From a virus (Duplodnaviria; Caudoviricetes): DNA of 28,448 nt. The notes under the pieces were generated by a model that saw only the letters and a program-made list of their open reading frames with translations, had not been told where the DNA came from and did no database searches. Where the stretch lies: the IMG/VR virus record IMGVR_UViG_3300038317_000064, positions 1-28,448 of that record. The stretch is one strand, 5' to 3'. Below, one piece after another: positions 1-8,280 of this stretch (positions are counted from its first letter, which is position 1; every line of letters starts with the position of its first letter). The translations under genes and the position numbers were made by a program.

Positions 1-280
1 TTGATGCCGCCAACAATGCACTCGCCGCATCAGCTATAACTGCATGATCATGAGCCGATGGAGGCATAGTTGACGGGAAGTCGGTGATGTCTGCAACTGT
101 AAGATCCTGTTTTGCTCCAATGGTCGCAAGTGCGGCATATGCTTTCGCACCGTCACCCTTTTTGATTATACCTGTATCAGATTCAATCATAAGGGTATTT
201 GCCGGGTAAATCTTAGTGTCGGCTGCCCATTGTGCCGCTGTAGCCTCGTATGCAATTACGTTATAAAGTATTTTTGCCAT
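1..280 (-). CDS. Partial head fibre/decoration protein with Mtd_N/hyaluronidase-N-like domain (runs off window)
   Basis: Not in the ORF track. Manual translation from ATG 280: MAKILYNVIAYEATAAQWAADTKIYPANTLMIESDTGIIKKGDGAKAYAAL...DITDFPSTMPPSAHDH. Has the TAAxW...ExDTGxxKxGDG pattern and a fibre-type repeat; lies directly downstream of the capsid gene. Confidence 0.75.
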   Translation of the reverse strand, partial: MAKILYNVIAYEATAAQWAADTKIYPANTLMIESDTGIIKKGDGAKAYAALATIGAKQDLTVADITDFPSTMPPSAHDHAVIADAASALLAAS

Positions 281-289
281 TTTGTTAAA

Positions 290-321
290 GTTTTAAAGTA
301 GGGAGGAGTAACCCTCCCTAC
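290..321 (-). terminator. Hairpin/terminator after major capsid gene
   Basis: Minus strand GTAGGGAGG-GTTACT-CCTCCCTAC (9-bp perfect stem, 298-321) followed by TTTAAAACTTT. The weak U-tract suggests partial read-through. Confidence 0.65.
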
Positions 322-327
322 AAGTTA

Positions 328-1503
328 TCAAAGAGTGATCTTAATCATTGCATTCAGGTCTTTAGCTACAAAACCGATCATTTCTTCCACACGGAACGTA
401 ACCTTGTTATAGGCAAAGTTTTCGTCGTGTTCTTCAGAAACTTTCAGTTCGGGTGCAAGACGGTTTATGAACTCAAATTCCGGTGCGGAAACAACATATG
501 CAACTCCGGCGGTCAACGAAGGAACGGGAACGATCTGAACGTTGGCCTCCAGTCCGCTTCCGGCAAATCCCCTCAACATGTCGTTAGGAAGATCATACTC
601 ACCACTTCCAACGGCCTTGTTGAATTTAACATAAGTCAGGTAATCTGCCTGATTCATCAATACGTGAGTAGGATTGAAGTAATTCCCCAAAAGCTGGTTG
701 AATGCTGCATCGATAATCTTTTCGGCCGCTATGGTTTTTGCCCCAGAATAGGCAACTGCACTTCCTGCCAGATAATCGGTTATATACTTGTTTTCTGCAG
801 CGAACAAACCTTTATTCGAGTATAAAAGAGTATTCGTGATGCTGCCCTGCAAGTACTTCACATTCAAAAGAAGCTCCCGGTTAACGGTTGTCATACCTGC
901 CAGCCATTTGATAGGCACATTTACATCCTTGTAAGCGGGTGATACGTCCGGCTTCGGCTCGTCTGCTCCTTCCGTTCCTGTTCCTCTCGCCCATTCTGCG
1001 GCTGCTCCGGTGATTACTCCTCTCTGCGGAATAACGATGGCTGCGCTGTCGGTAGATACGTTCGGGAAAATGTTTCTCAAATACAAGGGAGAATAAGGAC
1101 TATTATATAGGCTTCTTCTTACCTCGTCTGTCTGTAACGACAATGTGGCTGCGTCCGTCCAGCTTGCGGCTGTTACGGCTTTCATGGTTAGACTCTGCTT
1201 TCCGCTCAAATTCTTGAGTATCTCCGCTCCGTCCAAAAGTGCTTCGGAAATGGAGTCGGCAATGCTTTTGTGTGTTTTTTCTTGCATGGTTGTCTGGTTG
1301 ATAGATTTAACTCTCGCCTGAAGTTCTGACACTTCCTTTTTCATGTCTGCCTTCAGTTTTTCGGCGTCCTCTTTTGAGAATACCCCATCAAATTTCTTTT
1401 CAATTTCGCCGACCGCTTCATCTACGGTGCTCTTGGCTGTTTCCGAGGCTGTCTTTTTGATGTTTTCCAACGCCTCAAGTTTTGCTTTTTCTAATTCGTC
1501 CAT
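328..1503 (-). CDS. HK97-fold major capsid protein
   Basis: 391 aa with an N-terminal charged coiled-coil (delta-domain-like), A-x-W...E...KP motif and C-terminal FAYNKVTFRVEEMIG; directly after the protease. Confidence 0.92.
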   Translation of the reverse strand: MDELEKAKLEALENIKKTASETAKSTVDEAVGEIEKKFDGVFSKEDAEKLKADMKKEVSELQARVKSINQTTMQEKTHKSIADSISEALLDGAEILKNLSGKQSLTMKAVTAASWTDAATLSLQTDEVRRSLYNSPYSPLYLRNIFPNVSTDSAAIVIPQRGVITGAAAEWARGTGTEGADEPKPDVSPAYKDVNVPIKWLAGMTTVNRELLLNVKYLQGSITNTLLYSNKGLFAAENKYITDYLAGSAVAYSGAKTIAAEKIIDAAFNQLLGNYFNPTHVLMNQADYLTYVKFNKAVGSGEYDLPNDMLRGFAGSGLEANVQIVPVPSLTAGVAYVVSAPEFEFINRLAPELKVSEEHDENFAYNKVTFRVEEMIGFVAKDLNAMIKITL

Positions 1504-1510
1504 TTTGTTT

Positions 1511-2164
1511 TTAGTTAAAAAGTTTATAAAAATCTAAAATCAACTTGGGCGGCTCATTAACGGGAGTGGAAGCGTCCGGCTCCTGTCCGAGTGTCAAAAA
1601 TTGTTCTAATGATTTAAGTATGTTGTCTGAAAATCTTTCGTTATATGCTTTTTCTATCAGTCTCCAGAATTCCTCCTGGTTGGGCTCTGACAGGTCTTTC
1701 ACGGCCTTTACCGTGTCAATTAGTGAATATTCGTTGGCGGGATCGTCGGTGGTTAATACTGAAATCTCCTTTAACTTGTACTCGGCTACCTCTGATTTAT
1801 TCTTTGTGCCTCTTTTAACTATCCACCCCCCTATTGACAGCCCGCTTTCAAATCCGTTCTCTTTTAAAAACTTAGTCTCCAACCATGCGTTTCTACCGGC
1901 CTCTGTCTCCATAGCCATCTGCGCTACCATCTTCAATCCGTATGTATCTGCTATATCAAGCTCGGTTGGTACTCCAACCAATCCCGGTTGGTGGTTCTTG
2001 AATATCTTTATCTTGTTCTTTCGCTCGGTAACGGTCTTTGCGAATGATCCAGGCAGGGATATATCCCCGTCTGAATCTTTTACATTGTAAACGTTTGCAT
2101 ATCCAACTATAATCCCGTCCGATATGTCCTGTATTTCACTTAAGGTCTTGATTATTGCTTCCAT
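1511..2164 (-). CDS. HK97-family prohead protease (probable start 2164; ORF track start 2200)
   Basis: GYANVYNVKDSDGD..PGSF, NH, GLSIG and LKEISV motifs of Caudovirus prohead serine proteases. Confidence 0.92.
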   Translation of the reverse strand: MEAIIKTLSEIQDISDGIIVGYANVYNVKDSDGDISLPGSFAKTVTERKNKIKIFKNHQPGLVGVPTELDIADTYGLKMVAQMAMETEAGRNAWLETKFLKENGFESGLSIGGWIVKRGTKNKSEVAEYKLKEISVLTTDDPANEYSLIDTVKAVKDLSEPNQEEFWRLIEKAYNERFSDNILKSLEQFLTLGQEPDASTPVNEPPKLILDFYKLFN

Positions 2165-2165
2165 A

Positions 2166-2897
2166 TTATTTCCATCTTTTATATAAAACTTGACAGCCAC
2201 AGTTTATCACGTTTCCTGCGCTTGCGTTAAGGTCGTGCGGGTGTTTCATGTGGTCTGTTTTTCCTGTGTTCGGGTCAGTTACAGACCATGTCTCTTCTTT
2301 TCGTATCATCGTTCCGTTATCTAAAGACAAGTGCCAGTCTCGAGGGTCTTTCGCTCCACGGTGAATCCATATCTTGCCTATCTCTCTCCCCGAATCTCTC
2401 TCCCAGTCATCCGCACTTTTGGTTTTAGAAATATTTACGGCGTTAGCTGTTTCCGTGCGAGCAATCATTAAGGCCCTTTTTGCGGATGCAATTCCTCCAT
2501 TTTTTATTCTTTGTGCAATAACCTCAAATTCCAACCCCTCGGCGGTGGCTCTCTCTGATATGTGTCTTAGCCTTTCTCTTGTGGTGTCGTCTATGTCTGT
2601 TACTTTTTTGGCTAAATTCGCTTCCTTGAATACCTGAATCCATATTAACCATTCGCTTAAAAAGAATCCAGCCTTTACGGTCTCTCCCTCAAGTTGCTTC
2701 CATTGCCTTGGGAGAAAGAATGTCATCACCTCGTCGTATAGCTCGCTGATTACCGGGTATAGTGCGTTATTGATATCTCCGTGCTTCAAAAAGTGTTCGG
2801 ATTGCTCAATTAGAGCTCTGCGGATGGCTTTGGCGTGCCTCTTTTCGTAAGAAGCAATTATCCTGTCCTCAATCTGTGCCATCCTCCTGAAATTCAT
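2166..2897 (-). CDS. Head morphogenesis/minor head protein (Mu gpF / SPP1 gp7-like)
   Basis: RALMIARTET, KIW....D.R.WH..LD and C-terminal HPHD...A.NVINCGC motifs. Confidence 0.88.
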   Translation of the reverse strand: MNFRRMAQIEDRIIASYEKRHAKAIRRALIEQSEHFLKHGDINNALYPVISELYDEVMTFFLPRQWKQLEGETVKAGFFLSEWLIWIQVFKEANLAKKVTDIDDTTRERLRHISERATAEGLEFEVIAQRIKNGGIASAKRALMIARTETANAVNISKTKSADDWERDSGREIGKIWIHRGAKDPRDWHLSLDNGTMIRKEETWSVTDPNTGKTDHMKHPHDLNASAGNVINCGCQVLYKRWK

Positions 2898-3106
2898 AAC
2901 TTGTCCTTTATAACTATGAAAAAATCATCCCCGGAATACCCTATAATTCTATCGATGAATAGTGCTATATCAAGCATCATATCCCAGAACTTGTTAACTC
3001 CTGTCACGTGAGCACCGTCTATCAGTTGGCTCACGAACACAGGAATGAATCCGTACATTATTCCTCTATGTGTATATCCTAATTTTTCCGCCTCTTTCTC
3101 CGTCAT
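2894..3106 (-). CDS. Hypothetical protein between portal and gpF-like genes
   Basis: 70 aa ORF with 4-nt ATGA overlaps to both neighbours. Confidence 0.7.
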   Translation of the reverse strand: MTEKEAEKLGYTHRGIMYGFIPVFVSQLIDGAHVTGVNKFWDMMLDIALFIDRIIGYSGDDFFIVIKDKL

Positions 3107-4386
3107 ACGTTATAGTCGCTTAGTGGTACTAAACCCTGCTGAATGAATATCTCGTTTGCATATGGTTCTTCGCTCTCGTCAGATCCCTGCATTACTCTTA
3201 CCTCGTTGATCGAATGTGTTTTTAGAAACGCTTCTACCTGCGTGTCTGAAATCCTTAGTTCTTCATAAGAGGAAAGGTCGTAGTCGATTATATATGTTTT
3301 GTTGTCTCTATTCGAAAAAGGTTCTACCAGCCATTTGTTCAGCTTGTCCTCCTCCAATGAAAGGTAAGGCAGCACAACATCCATAACAAGTCTCAATCTT
3401 CCCTCTCTTGCGTTCTGGTAGGTAGGATTAGGATCGAACAAGACCGCAGGAACGTTCCACAGGTCGCACAATTTAACCCCTGCGTGCTCTAATCCCTTTA
3501 CGATGTTTAGTGCGTCTGGTGACAGCCCTATGTGAGTGTATTGAAGTGGCATTCCAGAAACGACAATCTTGTTCTTGTTGTCCGCTCCGTGTATCTTCGT
3601 TTCTACCGTTGTTTGTGTGCTCTCTACCTGATCAGGTGTCAACCATAAATTTGGATCTGCATGGTTTGGTGAAATTAGTCCCTTTGCCCCCTCGTTCTCT
3701 ACAGACTTAATCCAGCTTTGAATTGCGGAATCGTCAAGCTGAAGATATTTAAGCCCGGCTAAAAGAGGGCTCATTCCCCTTAGTTGTGTTCCCGAAGCGT
3801 CGAATACGGGGTTTGGCATCTTCAAATGAAAAACATCACCTGCCGGGATCTCCCTCGTAAGTCCGTTAAACAGATTGAGCTTCCACGCTACCAGCCCCTC
3901 CGAGCTCACCACTTGTGTCATTAAATGAGCAGGAACTACGTGCAAACTTAACGCACAATCGTCATCCCCTGCCTCCCTGTAAATGAATGTTTCGCCCTGA
4001 ACGAAATAAAATATCCTCGCAAGAGTGATGAACTCCCTCCATGTCTGTAACGTGTTCGGGTTTTTGAGTAGTTTTACAAGATCGTTATCCTCCGGGGCGT
4101 ACTTTAATTCCTTATGCACGTAAAGCCTATGTTTGGCTACCGATATGTCGCTGTCCTTTCTCGATTTTGACTTAACTCCTTTTGAATCGATATAAACGTA
4201 TGGTGTTGATGCCGCACACTTGTCCGTAATCTTCTTGATGATTGAATATATCTCCCCGTTAGACGTGTACCCCTTTGAAATGTAGTCCTCGGCGTTGTAG
4301 TTGTACAATACAACAGGTGAATTGCCTATAAATGTGGAGTACAGGAACGACTTCGATACTTTATTTTTTCTTCTGAATAATCTCAT
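3103..4386 (-). CDS. Phage portal protein (HK97 family)
   Basis: 427 aa; LLKNPN..QT..EF, G..FIY, DVFHLK, RGMSPL and SINEVR motifs; follows TerL. Confidence 0.93.
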   Translation of the reverse strand: MRLFRRKNKVSKSFLYSTFIGNSPVVLYNYNAEDYISKGYTSNGEIYSIIKKITDKCAASTPYVYIDSKGVKSKSRKDSDISVAKHRLYVHKELKYAPEDNDLVKLLKNPNTLQTWREFITLARIFYFVQGETFIYREAGDDDCALSLHVVPAHLMTQVVSSEGLVAWKLNLFNGLTREIPAGDVFHLKMPNPVFDASGTQLRGMSPLLAGLKYLQLDDSAIQSWIKSVENEGAKGLISPNHADPNLWLTPDQVESTQTTVETKIHGADNKNKIVVSGMPLQYTHIGLSPDALNIVKGLEHAGVKLCDLWNVPAVLFDPNPTYQNAREGRLRLVMDVVLPYLSLEEDKLNKWLVEPFSNRDNKTYIIDYDLSSYEELRISDTQVEAFLKTHSINEVRVMQGSDESEEPYANEIFIQQGLVPLSDYNV

Positions 4387-6050
4387 CTTATTGCAAATGA
4401 AAATTTGTGTTTCGGATTTAATGAATAGCGCAAAGCATCTATACCGTGATTATACATGTCGATAGGCTTGTTCGTCGGGTTGCCGTCCTTATCCAAGGCC
4501 CAACTGTACGACCTTAGCTCTTTTATCAGGTTGGTGCTTCTCTGTGTTACGTAAATAGGTCTGCTCTGAAGTCTGTCAATACCCGTCCTGACGCTGTCAG
4601 CACCCTTTACGGCGGGTTTTATGTTAAATCCAGCATTGTGTATCTCCTGAATACTTTTAGGCTCTGCGCTGTCTGCAATGATCTCGTCGTAGCTTTTCCT
4701 TATTCCTAATGATTCAAGTCTATTGATGATATGAGAGTTTAGCATACCTGTTTGATATATTAGCTCGTCTACGTAGTACGCTTCATCTGTTTCGATTGTC
4801 GCTACTAAAGAGGTGGGGTCGCAATTATGAACTAAAATCCCGTTAGCAAAGTATTCATGAGCATCTTCAATTTCTAAATCGTAAACGTCGCAATAAAAAC
4901 TACGAACGTTTTTTACGTTTATTAATCCCTGATAATTTATGTGCGTGTTCATTTGAACAGCATTTTGGCTTAAGGTATTTATTCCCTTGAAAAACCTCTC
5001 CACAATACTGGCTAAAATAATAGTTTGCATGCTTTCCTGATGGGTATCGGTTGTACTTTTCTCCTTTAAACTCGATTGTACACACAATACGTCCCTCTCT
5101 GTTAATTCTCCGTACTTCTTCCATTTTCCGTTAGCATAAAAATGATGTTCATGTGTTGCACAAATATTTGTGCTCAAAGCATCTGTTATTAATTTTTTCT
5201 CAATTACTTTTTTATATCCGTTATAGATGGTTCTTTTTACGAGCCTATATCCTTTACGTGTTAAAACTAAATCACCCTTTTTTACGTCTTTGATTTGAAT
5301 TAATCCTTTAGATGTAGTAATCAATGTTTCTCCACTAAAACAGCTAAACCCGAAATCTAACCCGTATATCTTATCACCTTCAGGCATCCTATCCACCTGC
5401 ATCCAGTTTGAAAAAATGATCCCCTCGGTTACGCCGTATTCGCAGTCAATGTGAATCCGCCTGAAGTTTTCGTCCCTGGATGCTCTTTTGGCGATCCTGT
5501 TTTTTTCGGTCTCAGGAAGAAAGGGATTATCTAAGTAGTTAGATTTAATGGTTAAAACTTTATCGTAGTTTGCTGCCCAGTCCTCAACCCAGAATTGAGC
5601 GGTCGGGTTGAAGTCGGCTATCACGTTTTCCGTCCGTCTCGCAAGCTCATCCCAAACATCTTTTTTCAATGAGTTGATCTCGTTTCCGTATAACCAGTCT
5701 CTACGTGCTCCAAGTGCCTTGTCGATACGGTCAGCGGAAAAGAACTCGATTATCGTTCCGGTTGGTGAAGTCCATGTCGATTTTGATATGTTCCAGTTCT
5801 CTTTCCCCCAAAGATTTAAAGGTTTGCATATTCCGGAAAGTATTCTTATAGCTCCTATTTCCAGGTGCGGCCTACTCTCCGAAACAACGGTAATGATCAG
5901 ATCGGGATGGGTTACCGCTACTGAAAAAAGATATAACATGTTGTCATATGTCTTTCCCGATCCCGTTCCTCCACGGTGGATGCAAATCTTAAAACCGTCG
6001 TCAAAGGCCTGACGGGTCTTATTGTATATCGTCCCCGTCTTTATTTCCAT
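4383..6050 (-). CDS. terL: Terminase large subunit (PBSX-like) interrupted by an intein
   Basis: Walker A GGTGSGKT, NE, DFNP, NYLDNPFL, nuclease GLDFG, ADSAEPKSI, NHGIDALRY. Predicted 382 aa after removing the 173-aa intein. Confidence 0.95.
   Translation of the reverse strand: MEIKTGTIYNKTRQAFDDGFKICIHRGGTGSGKTYDNMLYLFSVAVTHPDLIITVVSESRPHLEIGAIRILSGICKPLNLWGKENWNISKSTWTSPTGTIIEFFSADRIDKALGARRDWLYGNEINSLKKDVWDELARRTENVIADFNPTAQFWVEDWAANYDKVLTIKSNYLDNPFLPETEKNRIAKRASRDENFRRIHIDCEYGVTEGIIFSNWMQVDRMPEGDKIYGLDFGFSCFSGETLITTSKGLIQIKDVKKGDLVLTRKGYRLVKRTIYNGYKKVIEKKLITDALSTNICATHEHHFYANGKWKKYGELTERDVLCVQSSLKEKSTTDTHQESMQTIILASIVERFFKGINTLSQNAVQMNTHINYQGLINVKNVRSFYCDVYDLEIEDAHEYFANGILVHNCDPTSLVATIETDEAYYVDELIYQTGMLNSHIINRLESLGIRKSYDEIIADSAEPKSIQEIHNAGFNIKPAVKGADSVRTGIDRLQSRPIYVTQRSTNLIKELRSYSWALDKDGNPTNKPIDMYNHGIDALRYSLNPKHKFSFAIR
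4824..5342 (-). mobile_element. Intein (173 aa, no in-frame homing endonuclease) in the TerL nuclease domain
   Basis: Starts CFSGETLITT (block A), has ATHEH (block B TxxH) and DVYDLEIEDAHEYFANGILVHN (blocks F/G); +1 residue is Cys. Junction GLDFGFS|CDPT. Confidence 0.95.
4900..5124 (-). CDS. Alternate-frame ORF nested in the intein; probable remnant of an out-of-frame homing endonuclease
   Basis: 74 aa, same strand as TerL but a different frame, lying between intein blocks B and F. Contains EFKGEKYNRYP..YY, a degenerate Zn-finger (SQYCGEVF...KCCSNEH) and a basic tail. Confidence 0.55.
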   Translation of the reverse strand: MEEVRRINREGRIVCTIEFKGEKYNRYPSGKHANYYFSQYCGEVFQGNKYLKPKCCSNEHAHKLSGINKRKKRS

Positions 6051-6438
6051 AATTTATGAATTTGATGTTTAGGCCTGAAATCTCCTGCTTGATCGGATCT
6101 TTGCCGAAAATCCTGTCTATGAGCTTTTCCGTGTTTGTAAGGTTTTTGTTGTCAATGTCTCCTGCTATCGATGATGCTATGATGATGACAGCTATGGGTG
6201 TTTTATTGTCGCTCGCTATCGATTTTAATTCTTCTGGAGTTAACGATAAAAGGTGAGCGATGATGTTGTTGTAATCCTCCCTCGTTAGTGGCTCCTCGTT
6301 GGCTGTTCTTAGCTGGCTTATAATCTGCTTGAAACGTGACGGCTTCCTGCCTCTTGATTCTGGCTGATAGTCGGATGTGAATTGGGTGTCCTTCCCAAAT
6401 TCATTACCAATATCGAATGTTCCATCATCTCTTCTCAT
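6019..6438 (-). CDS. terS: Terminase small subunit (putative)
   Basis: Immediately upstream of TerL; N-terminal DGTF..GN.FG..TQF....QP..RGR and C-terminal L.DR.FGK..KQEISG patterns typical of TerS. Confidence 0.8.
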   Translation of the reverse strand: MRRDDGTFDIGNEFGKDTQFTSDYQPESRGRKPSRFKQIISQLRTANEEPLTREDYNNIIAHLLSLTPEELKSIASDNKTPIAVIIIASSIAGDIDNKNLTNTEKLIDRIFGKDPIKQEISGLNIKFINYGNKDGDDIQ

Positions 6439-6441
6439 TGC

Positions 6442-6463
6442 TCCGCCGTTTATCCGCCGTTTA
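6442..6463. repeat. Tandem 11-bp direct repeat just upstream of terS
   Basis: TCCGCCGTTTA at 6442-6452 and 6453-6463. Confidence 0.8.
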
Positions 6464-6571
6464 GAATATTACGCCCTGATTCGGATTGTATGCAAGCCTT
6501 GCTCTCCGTCGGCTTGCTGCCGTATTCCCTCTTATATTGCTCCCGCTTCTTCCTGTTGATCGTGTTGCCAT
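6461..6571 (-). CDS. 36-aa arginine-rich micro-protein
   Basis: Manual translation MATRSTGRSGSNIRGNTAASRRRARLAYNPNQGVIF*. ATG lies 2 nt after the upstream stop and the ORF fills the gap before terS. Confidence 0.65.
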   Translation of the reverse strand: MATRSTGRSGSNIRGNTAASRRRARLAYNPNQGVIF

Positions 6572-6573
6572 TT

Positions 6574-7275
6574 CTATAATTTTTTAATCAAATCCCAAAG
6601 CTGTTTTCCCCTTAGGGATTTGTTCCGTTTAAATTCCTTGTTTATTGTCTTGTATTTTTCAATTATCTCTTTGTGATAACATAAATGAAAGTCGTACAGA
6701 CCTGGGTTTTCTTCAATTGTGAATTGCTCTATGTTGCTCGAGCTTCTTAAATTCGCCGAACCGTGAATTACTATCTTCTTTTTCCCGGCTGTTTCAAAAA
6801 GTACTATTTTTGTATGCGATCCTGCTGAGGCCAATTGGAACCTGTCGTCTATGTCTAATTTGTCGTATATGTATGGTATCAGTGATTTTCTTTCATGTGC
6901 GAAAAAGTAATCCGATACTATCATGTTAAGGTTATCTACAAACTTTCCATCCATCAAATTAACAAGGCTATCTACGTTATTTTGATCTAACGAAAGCGTT
7001 GATATTGTCATTTCTGTACACTTTGCGTTGTTGTGAGTTATAAACGCCTCTATAAAATCACCAAAAATAAAATTACCTGCAACGATAGCATCATACCTTA
7101 TCCCTGTGTCAAGCTTGATGTCTCTTGCAAGCTTTTGAGCGTTTGAGTATTTTATTTTATGCGCTGGCAAGTCTCTTGCTATCTTTGATTTTTTATAACG
7201 GTTTTTAAATCCGTTATCCATCATCGGTATATCTAAATCAAAATCGTTTATTTCAATGTTAAAATCAAACTCCAT
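6574..7275 (-). CDS. Phospholipase D-superfamily (single HKD-like motif) protein, putative nuclease
   Basis: HTKIVLFET...IHGSANL..S.NIE matches HxK(x4)D/E...GSxN...N.E. Confidence 0.75.
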   Translation of the reverse strand: MEFDFNIEINDFDLDIPMMDNGFKNRYKKSKIARDLPAHKIKYSNAQKLARDIKLDTGIRYDAIVAGNFIFGDFIEAFITHNNAKCTEMTISTLSLDQNNVDSLVNLMDGKFVDNLNMIVSDYFFAHERKSLIPYIYDKLDIDDRFQLASAGSHTKIVLFETAGKKKIVIHGSANLRSSSNIEQFTIEENPGLYDFHLCYHKEIIEKYKTINKEFKRNKSLRGKQLWDLIKKL

Positions 7276-7372
7276 ACCTCACCCTTTAATGGATTACTCC
7301 TATATACTTCACAAATTTTTGTTTACAATTTCTGTAACCGTTTATTAAGGCTGTTTTCAGACGTTCGGATAC

Positions 7373-7400
7373 AAAAAAACCGACACTACTTGTGTCGGCT
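7373..7400 (-). terminator. Rho-independent terminator separating middle genes from late genes
   Basis: Minus strand GCCGACAC-AAGTA-GTGTCGGT with the closing T starting a run of 7 T; overlaps the TAG stop of the upstream gene. Confidence 0.85.
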
Positions 7401-7673
7401 TCCGAATAATATCTTGTACTTTTGCTTTTCCGTCTTTATAAAACGGTGTCTCATTCGCCTGTGCTCATCCATAAATTCTTTTATAATTACATCGTCAATA
7501 GCTGTCTTCAGATTATCCCTCCTTATTATGTACTCGAATGTCTCAAGCATTATATCTTCACAGTTATACCCGTTATGAATTTTTCCGTTATCTCTCAATA
7601 GCTTTTTGCGCAGATAGCCCCAGTTGGAAGCCAAAACATTCATTATTTTTTTATGTGGCTTCCTGGCTATCAT
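7386..7673 (-). CDS. Sigma70/ECF region-2-like protein, candidate late activator (probable start 7673; track start 7718)
   Basis: NWGYLRKKL...NCEDIMLETFEYII resembles the ECF region-2 xAEDxxQETF motif. Last gene before the terminator and packaging operon. Confidence 0.5.
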   Translation of the reverse strand: MIARKPHKKIMNVLASNWGYLRKKLLRDNGKIHNGYNCEDIMLETFEYIIRRDNLKTAIDDVIIKEFMDEHRRMRHRFIKTEKQKYKILFGSRHK

Positions 7674-7857
7674 TTTCAAGTTTACTGATTTTATCGGATA
7701 ATAAAAATCCTTCCTCATCCTGTAATTTGTTAAGTGAATGTTTAATTAATACCCTTATAACAACCGATTGACGTACCCTCATCATTTCGGCAAGCTCCCT
7801 TATCAGCATGTCTGTTTCTGAATCAACTCTACAACCTTTAACGTGCTCTTTCTTCAT
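7651..7857 (-). CDS. Ribbon-helix-helix-like DNA-binding protein
   Basis: VKGCRVDSETDMLIRELAEMMRVRQSVVIRVLI fits the CopG/Arc strand-helix-helix pattern. Confidence 0.65.
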   Translation of the reverse strand: MKKEHVKGCRVDSETDMLIRELAEMMRVRQSVVIRVLIKHSLNKLQDEEGFLLSDKISKLENDSQEAT

Positions 7858-7864
7858 TTTGTTA

Positions 7865-8131
7865 CTAATTGCTTACTTTTTTTCGTCTCCGCTCGGTGTT
7901 GTGATTTCTTTTTGCTACCTTTTCATTTATCATTATATCCAACATCTCATCCGTGCTAATCTCAATTTCACCGATTATCATCCCTATTACCTTGCAAGTC
8001 CTGTCAAATCTGCCAGATAAGATACCAATCATAAGTTCCAAATCCGCTTCGTCCCGACTTTCCGCTTCTATATAGTCCTCGTCTTTCAGGAATCTAACTC
8101 CGTCAATTGTGCGTTCAACTGCGAATGTCAT
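7865..8131 (-). CDS. Hypothetical protein
   Basis: 88 aa ORF tiling with neighbours. Confidence 0.65.
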   Translation of the reverse strand: MTFAVERTIDGVRFLKDEDYIEAESRDEADLELMIGILSGRFDRTCKVIGMIIGEIEISTDEMLDIMINEKVAKRNHNTERRRKKVSN

Positions 8132-8280
8132 TTTATCAGGGCTTCAAGTTTATTATCAACCCACGTATTATCCATAACATTTCTACCAGTCCACAGCCAT
8201 CCGAACAGAATCCCTATACCCCACATAACGAGCAATACTGCTACGCAAATTAAAATACCTAATCTTTTTATTACTTTCAT
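8128..8280 (-). CDS. Small membrane protein (probable start 8280)
   Basis: One hydrophobic segment LGILICVAVLLVMWGIGILFGWLW; ATGA overlap with the upstream ORF. Confidence 0.6.
   Translation of the reverse strand: MKVIKRLGILICVAVLLVMWGIGILFGWLWTGRNVMDNTWVDNKLEALIK

Noticed and set aside
1-280. Diversity-generating retroelement suggested by the Mtd_N-like domain
   Set aside because: No reverse transcriptase or TR/VR repeat pair in the window; the domain alone is not evidence.
6442-6463. 11-bp tandem repeat as the pac/cos site
   Set aside because: The position near terS is suggestive, but two copies alone cannot support the call without read-terminus data.
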